NCBI GenBank assembly: GCA_049964835.1
Contig: JBMFWW010000010.1
Location: 1-23,878 of the forward strand
Direction of reading: 5' to 3'
DNA from: Candidatus Micrarchaeia archaeon
GTDB lineage: Archaea > Micrarchaeota > Micrarchaeia > Micrarchaeales > CABMGC01
Length of the DNA: 23,878 nt
The notes under the pieces were generated by a model that had not been told where the DNA came from, ran no database searches, and saw only the letters and a list, made by a program, of their open reading frames with translations. Both the position numbers and the translations under genes were made by a program. Shown piece after piece: positions 8,445-17,355 of this stretch. The first letter of the stretch is position 1. Each line of letters opens with the position of its first letter.

Positions 8445-9998
8445 TCATCTATAAACGTAAAACATTACGAATGTGCTTATGTAAAGAATTCCATACCATA
8501 AGAGCCACACTCCACCAAATGTATTATTTATTAATGTCGCAAATATCCCCAGCGCAAATAAAATAGCAGCAAAAATTATTTCCAAAACGGAGTTCTTTAC
8601 CGCATAAATCGCCCTTTTATATAAATTGTTTTTACTTTTTATTTCTCTATCCCATATAACCTTATATTTTTTCCTAAATATGGCTGAGAATGCAGCCTTT
8701 GCTCTAACAAAAGCTAATGCAAAGTTTAGTAAAAATATCATTATGCCTTTTTTAGCAGATTTAAAATAAATCTTTGTCAATATAACTGGAGCCAATATAG
8801 AAACAAAAAGAGCACCAGCTCCAAGAAGCTCAAGATCAAAGTTCAAATACTTAGAACTTAATATATTCAATAGGTCAAGATTTGCTATAGGGAATTGTGA
8901 GAAAACTATCATTATTGAGATAAGTGTAAAAAGTATGACTATTACTGAAATATAATTTAATCCAAATCCGTGGGTCATATAATCTATATTTGAAAGAGGC
9001 GTAAGATTTCTTTTTGCTTTTTTTTGCCTAAACTTTTCTACAAAATAACCCAGGAACTGCGTATCTCCATAATTATATCTCCATTGCTGCTTTACAAGTT
9101 CTGTAAAGGTTTTAATAGGTTCACCATAAGCATAAACTTCTGGTACATAAAGGCTTTTGAATCCGTTAATATCAGATTCAAAACTGAAAAAAGTATCTTC
9201 TATTACATACTCTGGAAAACCGCCTATTTTTCTAAGGCTTGAACTTCTTATAACTCCACAAGATCCTGCAAAGATTGCTGTATTATTAAGAGCTCTTGAA
9301 GGCTGAATAAATTTGAAAAAGAATGCATCAAAAAGATCTATCGTATCAGAGAAAAAGGTACTTTTTCTATATCGTTTTTCCGTTTGTACATACGCCATTT
9401 TTTCATCATCAAAAAACGGTAAAAGATCAATAAGGAAGTTATTATTCTCTAAATATTCATCATAATCAAATATTGCAATAAATTCAGCCGTAGTATAGTT
9501 CATTAAATTATTTAATGCACCAGCTTTGTAACCCTTTCTATCATCTCTGTGAATGTAGTTGTATCCATACTCTTTGCTATATTTTTTGATTAAATTCATC
9601 TTTTCTAAGTCATTTGAGTCATCAAGCACATAAAATTCTAATTTGTTCTTCGGATAATTTAAATTAAGTAATTGCCTAATGTTTTTTCTGACAATTTCTG
9701 GATCTTCATTAAAAATAGCTACAGCTATACAAACCTTCGGATATTTAGTAAGTTTTTTCAACCGGCTTTTTATTTTTTTAAGGTAATTATCATATAGATA
9801 TGATCTGTAATAAGAATAAGCGGTAAATGTATTAAAAAAGCCAGCGATTATTGAAAGTATTAAATAGGAAAAAGCAAGAAAATACGAATAAGGATTATTC
9901 GCATTATAAATTAAATATATTGCAAAGCCAAAGCCGAAAATAGTAAGTCCAGAAAACACAACTACGGCAAAAACTCTTCCGAATAAATCCTTATCCAT
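8445..9998 (-). CDS. Membrane-bound processive GT2 glycosyltransferase, cellulose-synthase-like
   Basis: Two N-terminal TMs; DDS, GYKAGALN, DYD, GSC, ED and QQWRY (QxxRW variant) motifs; multiple C-terminal TMs. Confidence 0.88.
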   Translation of the reverse strand: MDKDLFGRVFAVVVFSGLTIFGFGFAIYLIYNANNPYSYFLAFSYLILSIIAGFFNTFTAYSYYRSYLYDNYLKKIKSRLKKLTKYPKVCIAVAIFNEDPEIVRKNIRQLLNLNYPKNKLEFYVLDDSNDLEKMNLIKKYSKEYGYNYIHRDDRKGYKAGALNNLMNYTTAEFIAIFDYDEYLENNNFLIDLLPFFDDEKMAYVQTEKRYRKSTFFSDTIDLFDAFFFKFIQPSRALNNTAIFAGSCGVIRSSSLRKIGGFPEYVIEDTFFSFESDINGFKSLYVPEVYAYGEPIKTFTELVKQQWRYNYGDTQFLGYFVEKFRQKKAKRNLTPLSNIDYMTHGFGLNYISVIVILFTLISIMIVFSQFPIANLDLLNILSSKYLNFDLELLGAGALFVSILAPVILTKIYFKSAKKGIMIFLLNFALAFVRAKAAFSAIFRKKYKVIWDREIKSKNNLYKRAIYAVKNSVLEIIFAAILFALGIFATLINNTFGGVWLLWYGILYISTFVMFYVYR

Positions 9999-10129
9999 AT
10001 CTTTATACCTTAATTTTTATCTTTAATTTACCTATTTAATTATTATCTTAAATTATAATAATATTTATTTATGACCGCTACTTATTTAATGTGAAGATAT
10101 ATATTAATAAAGTTATTTAAATTACTTAT

Positions 10130-10265
10130 GCCGGGATGGCAGAACCAGGTAACGCGCCAGTTTTAAAAGGCGAAACTCGAGATCTGGTGGCTCTTTGGGC
10201 CGTCTGGGTTCAAATAAGTTATTTGTTTTGGAAATCCAAGTATTTTGAAAATCCCAGTCCCGGCG
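10130..10265 (+). tRNA. tRNA-Ser(CGA) with two introns (10161-10174 at 30/31; 10215-10251 at 59/60)
   Basis: Acceptor stem GCCGGGA/TCCCGGC, discriminator G and long variable arm. After splicing the anticodon arm reads CCAGA-CT-CGA-GA-TCTGG and the T arm CTGGG-TTCAAAT-CCCAG. Both introns fit bulge-helix-bulge geometry. CCA is not encoded. Confidence 0.93.
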
Positions 10266-10351
10266 TATTTTACTTTAGAAATAGAATAAATAGTAAATAA
10301 ATAGAAAATAAATAACTAGAGAGAAAACAGAATTAAAAAACAATAAAAAGT

Positions 10352-11410
10352 TTACTTAAATAAAGATTCGATTTCCTCTCTTCTTTTTGAAAAAGCTCTT
10401 GTTATGGGCTCCATTATCTTTATCAAATCAGAAGAAACTGCATTTTTAAGATCTACTGGATGGAGTTTTTTGGAATGAAAATCATTCTCCAAAGATATAT
10501 AAGAGGTATAAGAAACATCCCCGCCATACTTTGCAGGTCTTTCTATTTTAATCTCGTTTAATGTTGGCATTATTATATACTTACACAAGCCTAAAATTGG
10601 ATTTTCTTCTATTATGCCTTCTGGACACCAGCCCTTGCTAATAATTGATCTTATCTCACTTTCATTTGCAAGTATTGGTATTGAAGAGCCAGGTTTTGAT
10701 TTGCTCATCTTCATTGCAGTTACTATCTCCTCTTTTTCAGCATTTTGGTTTACTGTTATAGGTTCTAGAAGAGATTGTATTAAGTGTGTATGCAAGAATG
10801 TTGGTGACCATTTATTATCAAGTTCTTTGAAAATCTCTCTAGCTAGCATATGTACTTTTCTTTGATCCATTCCAGCATGCGCAACATCTGCTCCAAAAGC
10901 CTTTATATCAGCAACCTGCATAATTGGGTAAATGTACTGTGATACATATAGCGTATCTTTCTCGCTTCTACCTTGTATAATTAGCGTTCTTGTAGCTCTT
11001 GCAATGGTTGTTTTTGTTGCAATCTTCATTACCTCTTTCCAATACTCATCATTGTTATGGTAAAGCTCTGAGCCAAATGTGACCTTAGCATCAGGACACG
11101 CTATAGCAAATAACTGTTTATAAAACTCTCCAGCCTTTTTAATGCGTTCCCAATCCCCTCCTAGCTTTTGATTTGCAATCGTATGCCAATCTGCTAAAAG
11201 TATATTTGTTTGAAATCCTGCTTTAGCAAGATCATTAACCTTTTTTCCAGCGCAAAGTATATGTCCAATATGTGGCATGCCGCTTATTTCCAAGCCCCAA
11301 TAATGCACTGGTTTTGATTTTGTTTCAAGTATTGTTTTAAGTTCTTCTTCGGTAACGATCTCTTCTGTCGGCTGTGATTTTATTAACTTTAATTTACTTT
11401 CAATATCCAT
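10352..11410 (-). CDS. tyrS: Tyrosine--tRNA ligase (archaeal type)
   Basis: HIGH, YPIMQVAD, GMDQRKVH, KMSKS and LHPVDLK motifs. ATG 11410 preferred over TTG 11419. Confidence 0.95.
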   Translation of the reverse strand: MDIESKLKLIKSQPTEEIVTEEELKTILETKSKPVHYWGLEISGMPHIGHILCAGKKVNDLAKAGFQTNILLADWHTIANQKLGGDWERIKKAGEFYKQLFAIACPDAKVTFGSELYHNNDEYWKEVMKIATKTTIARATRTLIIQGRSEKDTLYVSQYIYPIMQVADIKAFGADVAHAGMDQRKVHMLAREIFKELDNKWSPTFLHTHLIQSLLEPITVNQNAEKEEIVTAMKMSKSKPGSSIPILANESEIRSIISKGWCPEGIIEENPILGLCKYIIMPTLNEIKIERPAKYGGDVSYTSYISLENDFHSKKLHPVDLKNAVSSDLIKIMEPITRAFSKRREEIESLFK

Positions 11411-11639
11411 ACTATTCAAAATAGATTTATTTTAATTAAATATATTAATGTGTTGTATGAATCAGAACAAACAGAAATTTTTCACTAATTTACTATATAT
11501 CTAAGTTGTTTTAGTAGCAAACAAATCAAAGTTAGGGCCGATATATCTTCATGTACTTCATTTACAGTAGAGTTTGAATAAGCTACAAATCTTTTTATGT
11601 TTTTGTTACATATATAAAGTTAAATAGAAGGCGACTTTA

Positions 11640-12713
11640 ATGGCTAGCAAGGAGTTTTTTTCACAAGATGACGAAGAGTTACTTAAGTTTATAGAATCTG
11701 CAAAACCTAAAATATATGTTGTTGGTGCTGGAGGCAGCGGTTCAAATACAATAAACAGAATTTCAGAGATAAATATAGAAGGAATAAAGTTAGTTGCGAT
11801 GAACACAGACGCGTCTCACTTAGCAAAAATAAAGTCAAACAGAAAGGTACTAATAGGCAAAAAAATAACAAGAGGACTAGGCGCAGGAAGTGATCCAAAA
11901 TTAGGAGAAGAGTCTGCAATAGAGAGTAAAGAAGAAATTAAACATGTGCTTAGTGATGCCCAGCTTGTTTTTATAACTGGTGGTATGGGTGGTGGAACAG
12001 GGACGGGCTCAGCTCCAATAATAGCTCATGAAGCTAAAGAAGCAGGCGCGCTTACCGTTGCCATAGTAACACTTCCTTTCTCAAGCGAGGGCAAAACAAG
12101 GCTTAAGAATGCATTAGAAGGTCTTTCAAGGCTCAAGCGTGTTACTGACACTACTATAATAATACCTAACGACAAGCTTTTGTCTGTAGCTCCTGATCTC
12201 CCATTGAATATGGCTTTTAGAATAAGCGACGAGATTCTAGCTAATGCTACAAAAGGCATAATAGAGATGGTAACTAAGCCTGGAATGGTAAATTTAGACT
12301 TTGCAGATCTCCGCAGTGTATTAAAAGACTCAGGTTATGCAGTAATAGGAATAGGCGAAGCAAACTCAACGCAGACTACAGATCGAGCATCTGTTGCAAT
12401 AAATAATACATTAAGCAGTCCATTATTAGATGTTGATCTTTCAACTGCCAAAAAAGCCCTTGTTAATATAATCGGAGGGGAAGATCTCACATTAAGAGAA
12501 GCAGAAAAGATATTTCAAGAGGTTTCTGCACGTATTAGCGAAGATGCAATGATGAAGTGGGGAGCAAGAATTGATCCGACAATGCAGAAAAGCGCAATAA
12601 AAATTATGGTTGTTTTAGGAGGAGTAGAGTTCCCAGATTATTCAGATACAGGGCTTAAGAAAAAAATAGAAGAATCTGAAAATACGGATTTGGACAAAAT
12701 CTTCGATGAGTAA
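11640..12713 (+). CDS. ftsZ: Cell division protein FtsZ
   Basis: [24 protein letters not shown] tubulin signature and NLDFAD. Confidence 0.98.
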   Translation: MASKEFFSQDDEELLKFIESAKPKIYVVGAGGSGSNTINRISEINIEGIKLVAMNTDASHLAKIKSNRKVLIGKKITRGLGAGSDPKLGEESAIESKEEIKHVLSDAQLVFITGGMGGGTGTGSAPIIAHEAKEAGALTVAIVTLPFSSEGKTRLKNALEGLSRLKRVTDTTIIIPNDKLLSVAPDLPLNMAFRISDEILANATKGIIEMVTKPGMVNLDFADLRSVLKDSGYAVIGIGEANSTQTTDRASVAINNTLSSPLLDVDLSTAKKALVNIIGGEDLTLREAEKIFQEVSARISEDAMMKWGARIDPTMQKSAIKIMVVLGGVEFPDYSDTGLKKKIEESENTDLDKIFDE

Positions 12714-12775
12714 ATAGTTGTTACATAAAATTAAATTAGCATAAACTTTTTAAATTGTAACTTATAATTAAATCT

Positions 12776-13828
12776 ATGGCCAGTTTAACCTTTAACAAGA
12801 AACATGCTTTTAAAAGAAAAAGCAACAACAAATATTTGGTAATAACAGTTATAATAATAATTGCTGCTGTTTTGTTAGTTTTATTATCATTAGGCGGTGT
12901 CAATACAATTTCTCAATCTGAAACTGTTACATTAAAACAAGGAACAGCTATGCAATTCTATTTGCCATCCTATCATAATGTTTTCTCAATTTTAGCAACT
13001 CAAGGAAGCAGTTTATACACTTATATTCAAATATCACAATCTCCAGTTCTTGCAAGTGCAATCATATCATTTTCAATATCACAAGGCTCAATGTTAAATG
13101 TAAGTACTACCGGTTCTAAAAATGCAAATCTACAAGTAAAGTTACTTTCATCAAACTCAACTTACTCTACCATTCAATTAACTCCGGTACCATACGGGCT
13201 TATAATACCAATAAGTTCTGGTGTTTCAGCAACTGAACCTGCACCTGTGCCTCAAAGTGGCTCAAGCAATGTTTCTATAATTAGTACAACAGTCCAAAGT
13301 ACAACAACTACTCAAAACACACAACAGACCACAACACAAGCAGTTACAACATCCATAACGTCTGTTGTAACAACAACACAAACATCAAATGCAGGAATAC
13401 CACAATCTGTAATAAATCAAGCATCGCAAAGTTACATCGGATCATTAGTTTCAAATCTAAATACACTTTATGCAGAGGAATCGCAATGTACTCAATCTCT
13501 TTACAATCAAACACTTATCTCTTATGCCCATGTATCTCCAACGGGCCCACTCTCTTATCAGAATGTGACATTATATACTCCTTCATCAATAACAAATAAG
13601 ATAACTGGTCCATTCTCAAAAGGGTATCTTGTAACTTACTATTCGCAATCCAAATCATCACAAACAACTGGCGCTGCGATAAGTATGTATCTAAATCAAA
13701 GTACAGGCGCAATATCTGACATTGTATTTTCAGGAATATTCCAAGGACAAAACTACTCTGATTTAGAATCTTCATACAACTTCCAAAGTGGCATAGGAAA
13801 TGCATGTGCAGCCTATATTACTGGATGA
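12776..13828 (+). CDS. N-terminally anchored surface protein with Thr/Ser/Gln-rich linker
   Basis: Basic N-terminus then TM (LVITVIIIIAAVLLVLL), a beta-rich domain, a STTTTQNTQQTTTQ linker, and a C-terminal domain with two Cys. Confidence 0.75.
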   Translation: MASLTFNKKHAFKRKSNNKYLVITVIIIIAAVLLVLLSLGGVNTISQSETVTLKQGTAMQFYLPSYHNVFSILATQGSSLYTYIQISQSPVLASAIISFSISQGSMLNVSTTGSKNANLQVKLLSSNSTYSTIQLTPVPYGLIIPISSGVSATEPAPVPQSGSSNVSIISTTVQSTTTTQNTQQTTTQAVTTSITSVVTTTQTSNAGIPQSVINQASQSYIGSLVSNLNTLYAEESQCTQSLYNQTLISYAHVSPTGPLSYQNVTLYTPSSITNKITGPFSKGYLVTYYSQSKSSQTTGAAISMYLNQSTGAISDIVFSGIFQGQNYSDLESSYNFQSGIGNACAAYITG

Positions 13829-13878
13829 AAACTGGGTAAAAATTGGGTAAAAAACTTTGGTAAATAATACTATATAAA
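13829..13878 (+). promoter_or_regulatory. Three direct repeats (core GGTAAA) followed by a TATA box
   Basis: AAACTGGGTAAA, AATTGGGTAAA and AAACTTTGGTAAA (GGTAAA at 13835, 13846, 13859); TATATAAA at 13871-13878; ATG at 13915. Confidence 0.55.
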
Positions 13879-13914
13879 TACCTTTGTTATTTATACATAT
13901 CAAAAAGCGATCAA

Positions 13915-14463
13915 ATGAACTTTGAAAAATCAAAAAATCTTAAGGCAATTGCAGGTGTATTTGCATCTGTAATGGTTACCTTAACTGTTTTAGGAATGGT
14001 TTTTGGGATGGGCTATGCAACTTCAACATCTTCAAATACAATTGCAGCTTCTGCAAATGTCTTGTCAACGTGTTACATTTCATTGTCTCCAAATACTATA
14101 GCGTTTGGAGGTAGTTCTGGCGTAATACCTGGCATAACAACCTCTTCAAACGAGATAACCGATAGCGATTCGAATGGAAATATAGCTGCTAATGTTCTTG
14201 TATACGCAAACGACTGGACAGGACCTTCACCTTCAGTGTCTTATGCGTTTTCCGGTACATATACAGAAACCAATGCAATAACTGGTTCATACGAGGCTGT
14301 ACCTAACTCAATATCATCTATAGCACTAACAGATGTCATAATACCGGCCCCAACACTATCAAATCCAACAACAAGTAACTCACTATATTTTGAATTAGTG
14401 GTTCCTGGCGGATTGGGTCCTGGAGTTTACTCACAAACAATAACAATAGAAAACAGCTGCTAA
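13915..14463 (+). CDS. Secreted beta-rich protein, putative donor-strand pilin (Csu/SCPU/WxL-like)
   Basis: Sec signal (..GMGYA|), A.A.V...C.I.....I.FG N-terminus and LYF.L.VP.G..PGVYSQTITI C-terminus. Its only two Cys are C53 and the terminal C182. Confidence 0.65.
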   Translation: MNFEKSKNLKAIAGVFASVMVTLTVLGMVFGMGYATSTSSNTIAASANVLSTCYISLSPNTIAFGGSSGVIPGITTSSNEITDSDSNGNIAANVLVYANDWTGPSPSVSYAFSGTYTETNAITGSYEAVPNSISSIALTDVIIPAPTLSNPTTSNSLYFELVVPGGLGPGVYSQTITIENSC

Positions 14464-14476
14464 AAAAGTTGTGTTA

Positions 14477-15235
14477 ATGAATAACATTAAAAAATCATTT
14501 ATTCTTTCTTTTATTTTTATTTCTACATTTTTATTATTTAATTTATCTTACGCTCAATTGGGTGAGGTGGCAGGTCAACCTCATTTTAATGTAAGTCTTG
14601 GTAGTTCGCAAACCCTTAAAGTAACACTAATAAACGAGGGTATAACTCCTACATCATTTAAGGTAATACTTCCAACACTTAATCAAATAGTAAATACAAC
14701 AACACCTACGATTTCAGCTTATCCTATGAACGGTACAATAGCTCCAAATTCAGATTTCAGTGTAAATGTAACTGTGTATATGCCATATAATAAAAATAAG
14801 CCTGGGCTTACCTGGGACGGAGTACTTCAATTTATAGAAGTACAAAACACAACTACCAGTTCTGGTGTAGGTGCACAGGTAGTTGCAGGCATAGCAAAAA
14901 TACTTACTATAACAGCTGCACCTCCAAAATCAGATATATTCGGATTAATTCTACCTTTAATTATAATATTAATAATAATTATGATGGCAATTTACTACAT
15001 CTTAAAAAGTAAAAAGAAGCACGAGAAGCGTCTAAAAGAATCAAAGCCAAGTTCCACAAGACAGGAAAGCGCTAATACTAAAAAATCTTCTACAAACACA
15101 AAAAAAGTAAGCAAGTTTTCAAGTACTTCACGACTTAAAAGTAAAAACACCAAAGTAAACAAAAAACCTAAAAAATCTACAAAAAGAACCAAATCAAAAA
15201 AAAGACAAACTACTAAAAAGAATCAAAGAAAATAA
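14477..15235 (+). CDS. Secreted Ig-like (PapD/DUF916-like) protein with C-terminal TM and Lys-rich tail
   Basis: Signal peptide; VTLINEG...P..GTIAP.....V.VTV.....W.G.L.F pattern; final strand GAQVVAGIAKILTIT; TM LILPLIIILIIIMMAIYYIL; basic tail. Confidence 0.65.
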   Translation: MNNIKKSFILSFIFISTFLLFNLSYAQLGEVAGQPHFNVSLGSSQTLKVTLINEGITPTSFKVILPTLNQIVNTTTPTISAYPMNGTIAPNSDFSVNVTVYMPYNKNKPGLTWDGVLQFIEVQNTTTSSGVGAQVVAGIAKILTITAAPPKSDIFGLILPLIIILIIIMMAIYYILKSKKKHEKRLKESKPSSTRQESANTKKSSTNTKKVSKFSSTSRLKSKNTKVNKKPKKSTKRTKSKKRQTTKKNQRK

Positions 15236-15285
15236 AAATCAGATACCTTATTATAAATAGTAAATGCTATATTACAAGATGTCTT

Positions 15286-17355
15286 ATGGAAGTTTTTGTT
15301 CAGAATAAAAATCTATTTCTATTTCTTTTAGTACCATTATTTTTAATGAGTACTTCTTATTCAATATCAACATCATTAAATGCTACTGTAACAATAAATT
15401 GCCCATTTACCTTAAATATATCTTCAGAAAATATCTTTTTACTATATAATAATCTTAACTTTACCTATACTGCAAACACTTCAAAGGACTGCAAGATAAA
15501 CAATATAAACGGGATCTTATATATCTGGAGAACAAATCAAACAGAATCAAGTGCTTTCATAGGAAACACAATAACTATATACAATATTACTCAAAAACCT
15601 AAGAATTATACCATATACATAAACAAATCAAAACTTTCTTCCGGAACCTATTATGCTAATGTTTCTTCATATAAAAAATTCTATCCGGAGATAACAAACG
15701 GTCCGATTCTTTTCCAAACTATCTACCCACCAATAATATCTATAGAAAATATGATCTACTCTAATACTATAAATCAGTTCTCTCCACTTGCAATAAGTTA
15801 TAATATACAAAATACAGGGAATCTTTCTGTAAGCAATTCTACTTATTTAAATATCCTTATAAAAAATAACAATACTACTATAAAACAAAAGTATAAACTT
15901 GGAAGCATACTAAGTAACTCAAATATTACAAAGATTCTTTCATTATCATCAATAACAAACAAAACAGGAACTTATAAAATATTAGAAAACATCACTTACT
16001 CCTATTTATACACCTTTAAAAATAAGACCTATCTTTTTACTGGAATCACACAAAATTATACCTTTAATGTTACAGTTGTTTCAAACATAAATCTTGTGAG
16101 CTATCCGGGTTCATCTCCATCACCAGTAAAGGTCACAACCCTCCCAGTTCCTCCTAGTCTTGTTGCAAATGTTTCTTACCTATCAACTCCAGAGTATATA
16201 ACAATGTTGCCAAATCAAAACTACTTATACTCGTTGAACTTGTACAATAACTTTCAAAAACCAGTGTGGGTAAATATAACTATACCTAAAATTAATGGTT
16301 TAACTCTTTCATTATCTTCGAAGAACATTTATTTACTACCGAATCAAAGTATAACCTCTCATTTGAGTATATACGCAACAAATCCAAATCAAAGCACTTA
16401 CACTATTCCAATAATAGAGAACATTACTGATTTTTCGTATAAAAGTATAATTTATACACAGTACATTCTTTTAAACGTAGAAAATATTAAAAAACAAAAT
16501 CCAAACATACTAAATACCATAATCTCTCTTAACAATTCAAAGGACATTCTTGGTACAATAACAATACTAAACAATAAGAATACCACCATTTTCAATGCTA
16601 CTGGAACTTTAATTTTGCCTTCACTAATAACAAATAACAGCAAAAACATAATTCTTTCAGGTTATCAAGGCAGTGTTAATACATCTAAAAACTATTATAT
16701 CTTAAATTGGAATATTCCTGTACTTATTAAAAACTCTTCTGCAGTTTTATATTATTATATTAAAAATGTATCAAATATTATGGTTTCAGAACAACCTACC
16801 GTTGCATTTTCAACGCCATCAAAACAGAGTAACTCATCTACTTTAAAGATATTTAATCTTGAAATACCTACATTATATACAAACGAATCCTCTCAAATAA
16901 ACTTCACAATGCTATATACTGGTCCTGGAATAAACAATATTACAGTCTCATTATCTCCAATTTTAGGCTTGAATATAGCTAATAATCCACAGTCATTTAG
17001 TGTTTTTCAAAACACCGAAATTAATTCCAACTTTAATATAGGCGCTAACTCTAGGAGCGGTACATATCTAATGACATTGTATCTTTCTGGCAAAGGTATA
17101 AACGAGAATTATACATTTAATTTAATAGTTCTTCCAGAGCAAAAACCTCTCATAGTGCCGCAACTAAATAATGAGAGCAAAGGTCCAGCTACAATCCAAT
17201 CAAATATTATTAATTACTATACGTATGGAGTTGTTTTGGCAATACTAATAATCGCATCAATAATAACATATAAAAGATTTAACATATCTAGATATAACCA
17301 ATATAGATCTCAAAAACTTAAGAGAATAGGTGAGCAGATTAAACGAGGAGAATAA
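15286..17355 (+). CDS. Large multi-Ig-domain surface glycoprotein with C-terminal TM anchor
   Basis: Signal peptide, repeated CARDB/Ig-like motifs (IQNTGN, GTYYANV, GTYKI, GTYLMTL), many N-x-S/T sequons and TM GVVLAILIIASII. Confidence 0.75.
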   Translation: MEVFVQNKNLFLFLLVPLFLMSTSYSISTSLNATVTINCPFTLNISSENIFLLYNNLNFTYTANTSKDCKINNINGILYIWRTNQTESSAFIGNTITIYNITQKPKNYTIYINKSKLSSGTYYANVSSYKKFYPEITNGPILFQTIYPPIISIENMIYSNTINQFSPLAISYNIQNTGNLSVSNSTYLNILIKNNNTTIKQKYKLGSILSNSNITKILSLSSITNKTGTYKILENITYSYLYTFKNKTYLFTGITQNYTFNVTVVSNINLVSYPGSSPSPVKVTTLPVPPSLVANVSYLSTPEYITMLPNQNYLYSLNLYNNFQKPVWVNITIPKINGLTLSLSSKNIYLLPNQSITSHLSIYATNPNQSTYTIPIIENITDFSYKSIIYTQYILLNVENIKKQNPNILNTIISLNNSKDILGTITILNNKNTTIFNATGTLILPSLITNNSKNIILSGYQGSVNTSKNYYILNWNIPVLIKNSSAVLYYYIKNVSNIMVSEQPTVAFSTPSKQSNSSTLKIFNLEIPTLYTNESSQINFTMLYTGPGINNITVSLSPILGLNIANNPQSFSVFQNTEINSNFNIGANSRSGTYLMTLYLSGKGINENYTFNLIVLPEQKPLIVPQLNNESKGPATIQSNIINYYTYGVVLAILIIASIITYKRFNISRYNQYRSQKLKRIGEQIKRGE

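Noticed and set aside
10270..10350. AAATAG/AAATA repeats between the tRNA and tyrS
   Set aside because: Low complexity; most simply a T-rich terminator region for tyrS on the minus strand.
13829..13864. CRISPR array
   Set aside because: Repeats are 11-13 bp with no spacers, and no cas genes are in the window.
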